A stretch of DNA of 64,000 nt, taken from an uncultured virus (IMG/VR IMGVR_UViG_3300044724_001447) (Duplodnaviria; Heunggongvirae; Uroviricota; Caudoviricetes). The notes beneath the pieces are model-generated. The model was not told where the DNA came from and ran no database searches. It was given only the letters and a program-made list of their open reading frames with translations. Where the stretch lies: IMG/VR virus record IMGVR_UViG_3300044724_001447. One strand, given 5' to 3'. Below, piece by piece: positions 17,010 to 28,251 of this stretch. The position numbers and the translations under genes are program-made. Each line of letters begins with the position of its first letter. Positions within the stretch are counted from its first letter, which is position 1.

Positions 17010-18248
17010 ATGTCTGAAGGTATAAAATCAAGTTTAGAAAAATTAACCCTTAGTAAAGGTGAATACAAGGGAATGGGTTATAATATAGCAGGTCAACAAG
17101 GTTTATTAAAACTTGGTATTGGCAACCTAAACATGAGAGAACAAGCTAGACAAAACTTTTTAGGATTTACTGGTGCATTTATTAATTATTTAGATAAATT
17201 AAATAATTATAATCAAGATAATAAAATTATTGAAGATGGTATAGCTCAAGCTGAGGTTAATCTTGGCACTAAAGTAAACTATCAAAGAGTAGGTTTTGAT
17301 GATGTTTTTAAAGGTGATGCAAAAATAAGAGAGCTAGGTAAAGAAACTTTTTTATTTGGAAATAAACAATATTCAAGAGCACAATTAAAAGCGTTGGGTA
17401 GAACCGTACAAGAAAATGAAATGGCTATATTAGCTGGTGAAGATATTGACCCAATAGATTTAAGTGGTTCTTCTGGATTTACATTTGCACAAGGAGAGTC
17501 AGAAGTTTTAGCTAATAGCTCAAAAGATTCTTTAAGACTTGGTGTTGCATTAAACGAGCAAGTAAATGAAGAGGCAGCAAAAAAGATTTATGAAAACTAT
17601 GGTGGTATTAAACAATGGTCTACAGCTGCTAAGGTAGTAGAAAACTTACTAAATAAAGACCCTGATTTAGCAGTATATGGTAAAAACAATCAAAGAGTAA
17701 ATTTAAAAGAAAGATTTACAACATTGCGTGATACTATAAATAATGATTTAAATAGTGACGTTGTTAAAAATAAAGCAAATCAAGAGTTACAACAAATTTA
17801 TAGCCAAATAAGTCAAAAATATAGTTGGGATGAAATTAAAAGTGAAATAGCACAAGCTGAATCTAGTAATAACCCTTATGCTATAAATATTAATAAAGAA
17901 GGTAGAGGTTTTGATGTAGGTAAATATCAAATCAATAGTAGATATTTAGTTGGTGGAGAGGGAAGTTATAAATTAAACGCAGATGGAACACCTTCACAAA
18001 TGTTTGCAGATATACAACAAATACTAGACAAAGGTTTAGTTGGGGTTGAAGTAGAACAAAAAAGTTCTTATACAGGTAAAAAACCTGGATTTGATATAGG
18101 TGATTTAGTTGGTAAAGATTCTATATTTAACAAAGAAGAAGAAATAGATTACGGCTTTGAAGATAAAAATATTTATGAAACATTATATGACAATAATCTT
18201 ATAGATGAAAATTGGAATATGTACGATTATAACTTGGAGAATAAATAA
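17010..18248 (+). CDS. Internal virion protein with lytic transglycosylase-like domain
   Basis: IAQAESSNNPYA...DVGKYQIN matches SLT/lysozyme-like motifs I and II. Confidence 0.6.
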   Translation: MSEGIKSSLEKLTLSKGEYKGMGYNIAGQQGLLKLGIGNLNMREQARQNFLGFTGAFINYLDKLNNYNQDNKIIEDGIAQAEVNLGTKVNYQRVGFDDVFKGDAKIRELGKETFLFGNKQYSRAQLKALGRTVQENEMAILAGEDIDPIDLSGSSGFTFAQGESEVLANSSKDSLRLGVALNEQVNEEAAKKIYENYGGIKQWSTAAKVVENLLNKDPDLAVYGKNNQRVNLKERFTTLRDTINNDLNSDVVKNKANQELQQIYSQISQKYSWDEIKSEIAQAESSNNPYAININKEGRGFDVGKYQINSRYLVGGEGSYKLNADGTPSQMFADIQQILDKGLVGVEVEQKSSYTGKKPGFDIGDLVGKDSIFNKEEEIDYGFEDKNIYETLYDNNLIDENWNMYDYNLENK

Positions 18249-18760
18249 TGGGACCATATGAAATAGCAATGCTTGGTACACAAGCTGTAAGTTTATTAAG
18301 TGGTGCAAATAATATAGCAGCACAAAATAGAATGACTGTTGGTATGAACAATATATCATTAGGTTATTTACAAGACCAATTACAACAATTACCTGAAATG
18401 ACTCAGTTAGCTAAAGAAGCTTCTAGAGATAAAATGCAAGATAGTATGGATATACTTGGTATGGATGCTGGTATACAATGGGACAAAGTTAATATGAGTA
18501 TGGATGCTATGATGGATAGTAATAAGTTTGCTAACTATGGTCAGCTAGGTTCTAGATTAGATTTAATTACAAAACAACAACAAGATAAATTTGAATCACA
18601 AGTAGAACAATTACGTAAAAGAAGTAACTTAGAGATAGCACAAGCTGAATCATTTCAAATAGCAGAAGAATCAAGATTAGAAAACCAACGTAAATTATTA
18701 AAAAAACAAAATCAATATGCCAGAAAAAGAGACACAATGTTTGAAGCTTTATTTGGCTAG
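18248..18760 (+). CDS. Putative small ejection protein
   Basis: Hydrophobic G/A N-terminus followed by a Q/M-rich helix; position in the ejection cluster. Confidence 0.45.
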   Translation: MGPYEIAMLGTQAVSLLSGANNIAAQNRMTVGMNNISLGYLQDQLQQLPEMTQLAKEASRDKMQDSMDILGMDAGIQWDKVNMSMDAMMDSNKFANYGQLGSRLDLITKQQQDKFESQVEQLRKRSNLEIAQAESFQIAEESRLENQRKLLKKQNQYARKRDTMFEALFG

Positions 18761-18768
18761 GAGATATT

Positions 18769-19920
18769 ATGGCAGTACAATATGCAAATATAATTAACTC
18801 TTTAAGTATGATGCTTGAGTCAAGAGCAAGAAGAGAACAAGCTGAAGAACAAGCTGCGTTACAAGGGCTAAGAATAGCACAACAAGACAAGCAGTTTCAA
18901 CAAGAGTATGCTTTAAAACAACAACAGTTTCAACAGCAACAACAAGAATTTTTTATACAGCAAGGTGAATTACTTCTTGGACAAGCAGAAAAGTTTGCTT
19001 TAAGAGAAGGTCTTGGATTAGCACAAGCTGAGTTTGCTCCGCTAGTAGAAGGTTTTTTAGAAAAGAAAGATGATAAGTTTGAATTGCGTGGTTTATCTAA
19101 AAAAGATGGTACAAGTGATTTTTCTAAAGAGTTAGTTAAAGTTTATGGAATGTCAACTAAAGATTCTGTAGAGCTTGTATCTCAATTATCATCATTATAT
19201 GTTAATGAATCTCCTACTGTAGAATTAGTAGAAAGAATAGTCGATAACTGGGAAAGAACTACTAAAACTACGTTATCAAACGCACAAAATTTCAGATTGT
19301 ACAGACAAAGATATAGAGAGTTAGGAGAAGAAATCAACGACATACAAACTGGAGACTATAAGTTTGATACTAACTATTCTATATTACCAGAAGGTCAAGA
19401 TTTTATGCCTAGTGAATCTAAAAATGCTGTAATAGAAGATACAGCTCCTACTATAAACAATGTTTTAAAAGCTGAAGAAGAAGAGTCTAGATATTATGGA
19501 AATAGAAAAGATACTTTAGAACAATTATTAAATAAAACATTTAGAGATAATGACTATATAGCTGGTAGTTGGAATGATTATACCAATACTTATACAAACA
19601 AAAAAAACATAGACAATATTTACGATTTGAAAAAATTATACAAAAAAGATAGAGCAACTGTAGATAATGTTATAAAAGAAAATAAAGAAAGTATGGACAT
19701 TTTAAAAGGTAGACTTAATACTTTAAAATTTGGAGGAGAGCTTCCAGAAGGAACTTCTATTGAAGAAATTGAAGGTACATTAAAACTATTTGAAAATGCA
19801 CAAGAATATGCTGAACTTGAAAAGTCTAGAATAATGAACTCAATCAAAAATATAAACACTGAAGAAGGTGTAGTTGCAAGAGAAAGAGTAGCAGACTTTA
19901 ATAGTTTCCTTGATAACTAA
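18769..19920 (+). CDS. Putative ejection protein
   Basis: Q-rich helical N-terminus; RBS AGGAG; precedes the giant virion protein. Confidence 0.45.
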   Translation: MAVQYANIINSLSMMLESRARREQAEEQAALQGLRIAQQDKQFQQEYALKQQQFQQQQQEFFIQQGELLLGQAEKFALREGLGLAQAEFAPLVEGFLEKKDDKFELRGLSKKDGTSDFSKELVKVYGMSTKDSVELVSQLSSLYVNESPTVELVERIVDNWERTTKTTLSNAQNFRLYRQRYRELGEEINDIQTGDYKFDTNYSILPEGQDFMPSESKNAVIEDTAPTINNVLKAEEEESRYYGNRKDTLEQLLNKTFRDNDYIAGSWNDYTNTYTNKKNIDNIYDLKKLYKKDRATVDNVIKENKESMDILKGRLNTLKFGGELPEGTSIEEIEGTLKLFENAQEYAELEKSRIMNSIKNINTEEGVVARERVADFNSFLDN

Positions 19921-19923
19921 TAT

Positions 19924-22900
19924 ATGCCAAAACTAATTGACAATAATAATCAAACCTTAGAACAAGGTTTACAAAGAAGACTAGACCAAAACTTGTCTGG
20001 TTTAAACACATCCACACTACCATCATTATCTCAACAAATGAGAGCAATCAATCCTACCATAGAACAACCAGATAAAAATATGTTTGAACGTATTGGTACT
20101 AGCATATTTGAAATAGGTAGTGAAGCTGCTGAAAGCTTTATAGACACAGCATTGTTTGGAATACCAAGTGCAGCTGGTCTTTTTGAACCTGGAGAAGATG
20201 TAGATACTGTTTCTGAAAAAGTAGGTCAAGCTATTGGTGGAGCAGCAGGGTTTTTAGTACCATTTGGAGTAGTAAGAGGTGGATTAAATATGGTAGGAAG
20301 AGGTTTAGCTGGTGCTAAAGCAGCTCCTAAGTTAGCAAAAACAATGGATGACCAAGCTAAAGAAGTATTTAAAAAATATAGTGATGATGTATTGTCGTTT
20401 GATAATGAACTTTCTGCATTTTATAAATCACCAATGAAAGGATTACAAGACCAAGTATTTGCTGGTACTACTAAAAAAATAGCTAACTTTGATAGAACAT
20501 TTAAATCTATTAGAGATAAAGATGACTTTGTACAAAGAATTACAGATAATGCTGGTAAGTATTTAAGTGAACAAGCAGATGAATTAGGATTTAAATTAGC
20601 TAATAAAAGTAAACTACTAGATGAATTAGGTGAAATAGTATCAACAAATCTTGCTAAAGCAAATAATCAACCTATTAATGGTATGCAAACATATTTAGCT
20701 TCTAAATTTGGTAGCGGTTTAAAAGGTTCATTTATGAGTCATGTAGTAGAAGAAGCATTACTATTTGCTGGTGCTGAAAATTTAATGTTGAGTGTAGACG
20801 CATTAGCAGGAGATGCAACACTTGAAGACTTTGCAGGAACTTCTAAACATGCATTACTATTAGGTTCTATTTTAGGTGGTGTAAGATTTATACCAGGTGG
20901 AGTAGCAGGTGGTATAGGGGGTATAAAAAAAGGTCCTGAACGTATTGCTCGTATTATGGCTGGTAGTAGAAACTATACTAAAAATTTAAATCCATCTGTA
21001 GAATCAGCACAACAAGGTATACTTTCACAATATCAATACTTTACTGGTTTAACTGGTTCAAACATTGTATCAGGTACCAATGTAAGAAAGTTATTAAATG
21101 ATAAAGCATTAGACATATTAGACGATGTTCCTAAAATAAACGCAGCTAGAAGAGCTAAACTTCAAACACAAGATGTATCAAGAGAAACATTAGAAAGAAT
21201 TGTACTAAGTCCTGAGTCTACACCTGAGCAAAAACAAGCAGCAGCTGAAATAATGCAAGATGGTTTGCAGTTCTTATCTTCTCATATTAATAGAGAATGG
21301 AGAGAAGGTATGTTAAAAACATGGGGAGCTGATATTGTAGGTAGTAGTCCTCGTATGTTAATTGGTGGTATCGCTATGTCTGGTGGACCAACAATGCTAT
21401 TAAGTGAAGATGTGCCATTAGAAGATAAATTAATTGGATTCTTTATGGGTGCGTTTATTACTAAAGGTGGTAAAAAATTAGAGTGGAGAAGTGGAGAAAA
21501 ATATAATGAAGTTAATCAACTAGGTAAAGACCCTAAAACAATTGATAGTAGATTAATTGAACAAGAACACGCACTCAAAGCATTAGGTACTAGTATGGAG
21601 GGAAATCCTTCATATAGAATATTATTACAAAAAGCATTTCAAGCTAATTCAGATGGTGGTCGTTTCTTAAATAATCAAGTACAACCAAAGACTGATGATT
21701 TTGTAATTAAACTAGATAACCCAGAAGCATTTCAAGTACGTTCACAAACAGAAATTACATCTACAAATGCAAAAGCAAGTAAGAGTGGATACAAGCCAGT
21801 GTATGACGCATATATAGCATTAGGCGAATCTAAAACTTTGTTAACTGAAGGTAATAGATATAAAGACTGGAGTGAGTTAAATAAAAAAGAAAAAGATAAT
21901 TTTATTAAACGAGTAGAGCAAGAAGGAATTAGTACACCTGAGCAGATGATTGAATACTCTAGTGAAATTAAAACAGAAAGTTTTGCTGATATAGAAAGAG
22001 AATTAGCACAAACTTACGAACGTTTACAAGCAACTATAATAGGTAGAAAAGAAGTTCCTGAAATACAAGATATATCTATAGAAAATATATCAGGTAGAAT
22101 AGATACTGAATTAGCTCAAGCTATAAAAGAATATAATGCATTGGGTACTATATTAAAAGGTTCAGGAAACTATGAAGTAAATCCAAGAGCCTTTGCTATT
22201 ACAAGTAGTAAAGATGTACAACAATCATTTAAAGAAACTTATCAAAATTCTTTAGAAGGTTTTAACAAATATATGTCAGAACAACACAACGTACAAAATT
22301 CAGTAGAGTTTTCTGATAGTGTATTGCGTTCAGCTTTAGATTTAAATAGAATAAATATTAATGTTATAAAAGCAGCAGCAAATAAAAAAGGTGAAGGTAT
22401 TTTAGATGTATTTAAAAGTAATGCTGATTTTTCAAATACATTTAGAATGTCTGATAAAAATCCTACAATAGCTGCCAAAATTCAAGTAAAAGGTAATAAA
22501 ACATTAGAAAAGAAAATGAATGCTATTCTAGATGTAGTAAGCAAATTTGATGATAGTTATGATAGACTTTTTTCTAATGAAAGTGCATCTGTAAAAACAA
22601 TAGACTCTAGACAAGCAAGAAATATATTACAAACTTTAAAAAATAAAGGTATTATGGCTTTTGCTTCACCAGCTGATTATAGTATTGCTATGCCTATAAA
22701 TGCTATGGGTAGATTAATTACAAGCAAGTATATCAGAAACTTATTGATTAATGGTACGGATAATACTGGTAGGCTATTAACGCAAACAGATAGAAATATT
22801 ATACAAGTAGGTATGGACCATGGTATTATTGGCTCTAATTTACAATATAGACCCGTTACAGAAGCAATGTTTAAAGTAGTTGAATCTGGTGTATTAAATA

Positions 22901-25900
22901 AAATTACTAAAGATAATAATTTTTCAGCTATTGAATCATTTGTTGGGCAAAGTAATGCTGAAACAGCAGTAATAAAACAAACACTACAAGAAGTAAAACA
23001 GGTAGTAGGAGATACTCCTGGTTCTATATCAAGATTCAATGAGATATTTGAAAATACTGTTAAGATGATTGATGATACATTTGGTAAGTACGTAAAAGGA
23101 ACAGATGGTAATGGTGTTTTAAATAGAAGTTTAGAACTAACAAGTGGTGGTGATTTTATACAAGTTAATCAATTAGCACAACGTTTAAACTTAATTAAAA
23201 ACAATATGCTTACTGAAGATGTAAGATTATTTTTAAATGATATATATCAAGTAGATAGAGTAGAGTTTACTGGTACAAAAAAAGCAATGAAATCATTAAT
23301 GAACATGATGACATTTAGTAAAAATCCTATCAAGCTATATGAATCTGCAATCAAATATAATTTATATGATACACAAACAAGGTCTTGGAAAACAGATAAA
23401 CTAAATGAAACTGAAGTTGAAGCTCGTTTAAGAGAAATGAGAGAAAACAAAATTATAGATTTTGTAGATACCGAAAAAGCAGTAAGTGAAATTAAAGAGC
23501 AAGGTGATTTTTTTCCTAAAGACTTTACAGAGCAAAACAAAATTAAACTAGGAGAAGTACTTAATACTTATGCTTTACCTGTAGATAGTAAGTTTAGAGC
23601 AAATGATTTATTAGCAGAACAACCTTTAAAAAAGGTACAAGAACTATATAACACTCCTGAGTATAGAAACAATTTTAATAAATTTAGCGAAGATTTTGTA
23701 AATGATGTTGTAAGACAAAATCCTAAACTAAGTCGAGCAGAAATAGATGGAGTTAGAATGTCAATGAAATCATTCTATACTCAGTTAAAGAATAATACAG
23801 AAATAGAAGTACTAGAGTTTAATGCTAATGCACCAGATAATACTATGACTAGAACTGATATTAAAAATAGAACACCTATAGATGATGCATTACTAAAAGC
23901 TATGGGCGATGCACAACCATTTTTAAGACAAGTAAATAGTAACACTATTAATACTGAAGGACTACCTGGTCCTTTAATTGGTAGGTCTATGGATTCATTT
24001 AGACAAAAAGCATTTGAAGGTGACTATACATTAAACACTTTTGAGAAAGTAGATTTAACACAAGCAGGTAAAGACATACTAAATAATAAAGCTCCTGTAA
24101 ATGCTGAACCTGGTATTATATATAGATTTGCTGATTCAGACAATATTTATTTTATTAGAAAAAACCAAGATGTATTGAATAATATTGCAAATAGATACGC
24201 CGAAGTATTAAAAAAGTTTGACCCTAAAAATATAGATGCAAAATTAAAAGAAGTAGATATAGTTTTAAATGAAGGTAAATATGAATATACAATAGGTAGT
24301 GCTTGGCAAAGAGAAACACAAAAGCTAACACAAATATTAGATGACATATTGTTATCTGATACTCTTGGTGGTGAAAATATAATTGGTACAGGCTTCAAAG
24401 ACCAAGCGGGAATAGGATTAATAAAAGGATTATTCAAACGTGATAGTTTAATAAATAATAATAACGCATTACGTTTTGATAAACAACTTGTTCAGTTTAA
24501 TATTGTTGAAGCAAATAAAATAAGATTTGAAAGTGCTGAATATAAAGCAGAAGTTATAGAAAAATTAAAAGAATTTAGAGATGGTAAGTTAAAACAAGCT
24601 ACAGTTGCTGATGAGTTACCAGGAGCAATAGATGATATAGTAAGTGTTAATAAAAAAATAAACGAATCTTACGACACTGAAATAGCATTAGCAAAAAACT
24701 CAGAAATAAAAAAACAATTAGAACAACAAAGAGACCAATTTAAATTACAAATACGAGAGCTAGGAATAGCAGATGCAAGTACTGTAAATGGAGTAACCAT
24801 TGTTAATGACAAAACTTTTAAGATGTTAGCATTCTTATCAGGAGAAACTAGTTCTAGTAGTATAGGTGGTATCAAACCTATTATGTATAACTTAGGTAAT
24901 GGACCACAACTATTTATAAATAAAACAGCATTTTTAAAAAATAATAATTCTAAAGTAATGGAAATATTTGCTAAAAATCCTGATTTAGATTTTATTACAT
25001 TTACAAGTGCTAGTAAAAAAATGACAAAAGATAGAATGACACCAGAAGTTAGCATGAAAGAACTTACATCTGGTGAAGCAATAAAAGATTTAGTATCTAT
25101 TGGTCCTGAAAATATTGCAATTATATCTACAAAGAAAAATAAAAAATTTGCATCTTTAGGTGCTAACAATAGTGTTCACTTATTAGATAGAGGTCAAAGA
25201 AATTCATATTACGATTATTATATTAGAGATATTAATGGGTTCGATAATAAAAGAGCATTCATACAATCACTTAAAAACCCAGCAAACTACGCTAAAATGA
25301 TAGCAGAGTTCCAAAGACTTTCTACAGATAGAATAAATAATAAACTAAATAGTGATTTAGAAGTGTTTGGTAATGATACATTAATGAAACTACTAGCAGA
25401 TTCTGGTGCTATGCCTACAATCAAAACAAGAATGTGGGAAGATATGATTAAGCAACAATATCTTGATAAGATGTTTCAATTAAAAGTAGATGGTAGTACA
25501 GGGGTATTAGCACCTGGTACATTCTTAGCAGATACAAAACTACAAAACACTATTATATTGGAAAACGGACAACACTATAAATTTGGTGAAATAGAATTAC
25601 CGCACTCAGCACAATTTAAACCTATAGATAAAAATAATATTACTTTAGTTAATAAACTAAAAGGTGAAGCTGATAAGGTAGTTAATGGTGCATCTAAAGA
25701 AGGTCAAAGAATTATTAAAGATGTAGAAACATTAGGAGAAGCTGTAAAGAATGCTGAAAAATTAGGTTATCAAGTATTATCATTTTTTGAAAGACAACCA
25801 CACACCAAGCCTTCAAGCGTTATGCCTGTAGGTATTAAAAAATTTAGAAGTAAAAATGAAGCAGACCAAATTGTATTGAATGATGCAGATTTAAAAAGAG

Positions 25901-28251
25901 CAGCAGAAGGAGACTTTGACATTGATTCTGGTAGTGCTATATGGAAAATGCCTCACGATGTTGCACAAGGATTTATAAAAACAAGAGGTCAAGTTTTAGA
26001 TTCTATTCCTCTAGGTGTAGGTAGTAATCCTTCATTTAAAGATATAAACTTTAGAGATTTTGAATCTAGAGAAAGATATGTAGAAAGGAAATATAACGCA
26101 CAATATGTAATGGGCTCAGCTATCAATGCTAATAGAATAGTTCAAAAAATATTAAGTGGTAGAAGTTCTAGAGATGGAGAGTTTTTTGATGGAAGAACTG
26201 AAAATAAAATTATTATAGCTAAAACAGGACAACAAAGATTTATAGGTGTTAGAGGCGATGTAAATAAAACATATCAACGTATAGCTGACCTAGTGCAATC
26301 AATACTAGATAAAGATAATGGATATGATTCTAATGTATTTAAAGATATTAATTCTTTATATGATGATATATTCTTTGGTATAGATGGTAATGGAATTCGT
26401 ACAAATCAAGGACTATTCAAGTTATATAGATTTAGAGAAAAAGATAAAGCAGAAGGTCCTAAGTATGAAGAAATAGATGCAGAGTTTACCGCAACTGAAA
26501 GAGCTTTATTGAAAGAAAATATTATACAGCCATATAGACAACTCTTAAAACTAAACAATAAATTATATGATAGTGGACAACAAAGAAAAGTATCTTTAAG
26601 AGATATTGCTACATACTCTAGCAACTTTGATACCCAACTATTTTTTGCAAGTAAAAATGCTGGTAAAAAATTACAAGACAAAAATATTGATAGTGTATTT
26701 GGTGGCTATACTAAATCATTAATGCTATACGGAGAAAATACAAACATTAGAAGTAGTATTATTTTTGATAGGTTAATAGCTGATATGTCACAAATTAAAA
26801 ATTTATTATTAGAACCTACTAAAGCAAACTCAGAAGGTGTACGTAGTGAAACTATTAGTAGTGCAGTAGAATTTATGGAAGCTGGTACACGAGGTACAAA
26901 AGATTTTGTTGAAAAGTTTAATACTGATGTACAAAAATATGATGCAGCTAAACAGATAGATGTAGAGATACGAAGAAAAGAATCTTATATGAAAAAAATT
27001 AATAAGTTTGAAAGTCCTGAGTATTACGAAACATTGTCAAATAGATTAAACAAATTAAAACAAGCTAGAGAAGGTTTAAAGAATGCTATCAATGTATCTA
27101 ACTTAGATAAAAATATGTTTGGATTAGTAGAGCAACGTTATATTACTGAAGCGTTAGCAAAAGAATATCGTAAGCAACCAGATTTAGATTCAGAACAAAA
27201 ACAAAAAATAATCGACCAAGCTAAAGAACAATTTAAAAAAGAAAAATTAGATATAGACTTTGTTGATAATGCAGACCTTGTAAATAATATTGCATTAAGT
27301 TATGCATTTAGTACTAGAGGTAATCAAACATTAGCAAGTATGAGTATCAAAAGTACAGAGCTATCAAGAGATTTTGAAACAGAAATAAGAGAACTAAAAG
27401 ATTTTTATAATAAATCATGGAAAGATTACTTTGACTTAAACAATAAAGAAGTATTTCACCCTGACCAAATTAAACAAAATATGTATGAAAAAATTGATAG
27501 GGTATTAGATAGATACAATGATGTAGCACCTGAATTTATTCTTACAAAAATAATGACTCCTAGAGTAGACTTTACTAAAATTGTTAAATATCAAGATAAG
27601 TATTTTCCAAAACCAATAGATACTAATACAGAATCTTTTATTAACTTAGTAACTGGTTATGCATTACAAAGTCAAAGATTTAGTAAACAATTTACAGGTG
27701 ATTTTGTAAGAGACTATGTTGGAGCATATAATCAAGTATACTTAAAGTTACATGGAATTAATTCTAAATATAGTTCAGATAGTTTACCATTAGAAATTAC
27801 TACAGGTGAGGTATATCAATTCCCACATTTACTACCTACTGGTCATACAAGAGATGCATTTAGTTTATTTCAATCATTTAATCCTCAAGAAACATTAACT
27901 GGTAGATTATCAAGTGCTTCTAGATTAGATAGCTATCAAACATTTTTAGATGTGTTTGGAACAGCTACCGTAAAAGATGTATTAAGTGGTGGTAATTTAG
28001 CTCCTTCATATAGCATTACAAAAAATAGAATTGAAGCGATAGATGGTATGCACACATTCCAAAACTCCTTGAAAAACGAAGCATTGTTTAATATCTTTAG
28101 TAGAAAGAGTGAAGATAGTTTAAAACAAATTATAAAAGGTACTGAAACAGATATTGACCCATATATAACCAAAGACTATTATGATGGCGGTACGAGAGAT
28201 GTAAAAGATTTTATTACCGATTTAGGTAAAACAACTAAGGAGATTTGTTAA
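19924..28251 (+). CDS. Giant virion protein, probable crAss-type (two-barrel) virion RNA polymerase
   Basis: GDFDID (D1997-D2001) with RQP (R1957) 40 aa upstream; GGIKP (K1651), NKTA (K1667) and TSASKK further upstream; ejection-protein-like N-terminus. Confidence 0.7.
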   Translation: MPKLIDNNNQTLEQGLQRRLDQNLSGLNTSTLPSLSQQMRAINPTIEQPDKNMFERIGTSIFEIGSEAAESFIDTALFGIPSAAGLFEPGEDVDTVSEKVGQAIGGAAGFLVPFGVVRGGLNMVGRGLAGAKAAPKLAKTMDDQAKEVFKKYSDDVLSFDNELSAFYKSPMKGLQDQVFAGTTKKIANFDRTFKSIRDKDDFVQRITDNAGKYLSEQADELGFKLANKSKLLDELGEIVSTNLAKANNQPINGMQTYLASKFGSGLKGSFMSHVVEEALLFAGAENLMLSVDALAGDATLEDFAGTSKHALLLGSILGGVRFIPGGVAGGIGGIKKGPERIARIMAGSRNYTKNLNPSVESAQQGILSQYQYFTGLTGSNIVSGTNVRKLLNDKALDILDDVPKINAARRAKLQTQDVSRETLERIVLSPESTPEQKQAAAEIMQDGLQFLSSHINREWREGMLKTWGADIVGSSPRMLIGGIAMSGGPTMLLSEDVPLEDKLIGFFMGAFITKGGKKLEWRSGEKYNEVNQLGKDPKTIDSRLIEQEHALKALGTSMEGNPSYRILLQKAFQANSDGGRFLNNQVQPKTDDFVIKLDNPEAFQVRSQTEITSTNAKASKSGYKPVYDAYIALGESKTLLTEGNRYKDWSELNKKEKDNFIKRVEQEGISTPEQMIEYSSEIKTESFADIERELAQTYERLQATIIGRKEVPEIQDISIENISGRIDTELAQAIKEYNALGTILKGSGNYEVNPRAFAITSSKDVQQSFKETYQNSLEGFNKYMSEQHNVQNSVEFSDSVLRSALDLNRININVIKAAANKKGEGILDVFKSNADFSNTFRMSDKNPTIAAKIQVKGNKTLEKKMNAILDVVSKFDDSYDRLFSNESASVKTIDSRQARNILQTLKNKGIMAFASPADYSIAMPINAMGRLITSKYIRNLLINGTDNTGRLLTQTDRNIIQVGMDHGIIGSNLQYRPVTEAMFKVVESGVLNKITKDNNFSAIESFVGQSNAETAVIKQTLQEVKQVVGDTPGSISRFNEIFENTVKMIDDTFGKYVKGTDGNGVLNRSLELTSGGDFIQVNQLAQRLNLIKNNMLTEDVRLFLNDIYQVDRVEFTGTKKAMKSLMNMMTFSKNPIKLYESAIKYNLYDTQTRSWKTDKLNETEVEARLREMRENKIIDFVDTEKAVSEIKEQGDFFPKDFTEQNKIKLGEVLNTYALPVDSKFRANDLLAEQPLKKVQELYNTPEYRNNFNKFSEDFVNDVVRQNPKLSRAEIDGVRMSMKSFYTQLKNNTEIEVLEFNANAPDNTMTRTDIKNRTPIDDALLKAMGDAQPFLRQVNSNTINTEGLPGPLIGRSMDSFRQKAFEGDYTLNTFEKVDLTQAGKDILNNKAPVNAEPGIIYRFADSDNIYFIRKNQDVLNNIANRYAEVLKKFDPKNIDAKLKEVDIVLNEGKYEYTIGSAWQRETQKLTQILDDILLSDTLGGENIIGTGFKDQAGIGLIKGLFKRDSLINNNNALRFDKQLVQFNIVEANKIRFESAEYKAEVIEKLKEFRDGKLKQATVADELPGAIDDIVSVNKKINESYDTEIALAKNSEIKKQLEQQRDQFKLQIRELGIADASTVNGVTIVNDKTFKMLAFLSGETSSSSIGGIKPIMYNLGNGPQLFINKTAFLKNNNSKVMEIFAKNPDLDFITFTSASKKMTKDRMTPEVSMKELTSGEAIKDLVSIGPENIAIISTKKNKKFASLGANNSVHLLDRGQRNSYYDYYIRDINGFDNKRAFIQSLKNPANYAKMIAEFQRLSTDRINNKLNSDLEVFGNDTLMKLLADSGAMPTIKTRMWEDMIKQQYLDKMFQLKVDGSTGVLAPGTFLADTKLQNTIILENGQHYKFGEIELPHSAQFKPIDKNNITLVNKLKGEADKVVNGASKEGQRIIKDVETLGEAVKNAEKLGYQVLSFFERQPHTKPSSVMPVGIKKFRSKNEADQIVLNDADLKRAAEGDFDIDSGSAIWKMPHDVAQGFIKTRGQVLDSIPLGVGSNPSFKDINFRDFESRERYVERKYNAQYVMGSAINANRIVQKILSGRSSRDGEFFDGRTENKIIIAKTGQQRFIGVRGDVNKTYQRIADLVQSILDKDNGYDSNVFKDINSLYDDIFFGIDGNGIRTNQGLFKLYRFREKDKAEGPKYEEIDAEFTATERALLKENIIQPYRQLLKLNNKLYDSGQQRKVSLRDIATYSSNFDTQLFFASKNAGKKLQDKNIDSVFGGYTKSLMLYGENTNIRSSIIFDRLIADMSQIKNLLLEPTKANSEGVRSETISSAVEFMEAGTRGTKDFVEKFNTDVQKYDAAKQIDVEIRRKESYMKKINKFESPEYYETLSNRLNKLKQAREGLKNAINVSNLDKNMFGLVEQRYITEALAKEYRKQPDLDSEQKQKIIDQAKEQFKKEKLDIDFVDNADLVNNIALSYAFSTRGNQTLASMSIKSTELSRDFETEIRELKDFYNKSWKDYFDLNNKEVFHPDQIKQNMYEKIDRVLDRYNDVAPEFILTKIMTPRVDFTKIVKYQDKYFPKPIDTNTESFINLVTGYALQSQRFSKQFTGDFVRDYVGAYNQVYLKLHGINSKYSSDSLPLEITTGEVYQFPHLLPTGHTRDAFSLFQSFNPQETLTGRLSSASRLDSYQTFLDVFGTATVKDVLSGGNLAPSYSITKNRIEAIDGMHTFQNSLKNEALFNIFSRKSEDSLKQIIKGTETDIDPYITKDYYDGGTRDVKDFITDLGKTTKEIC

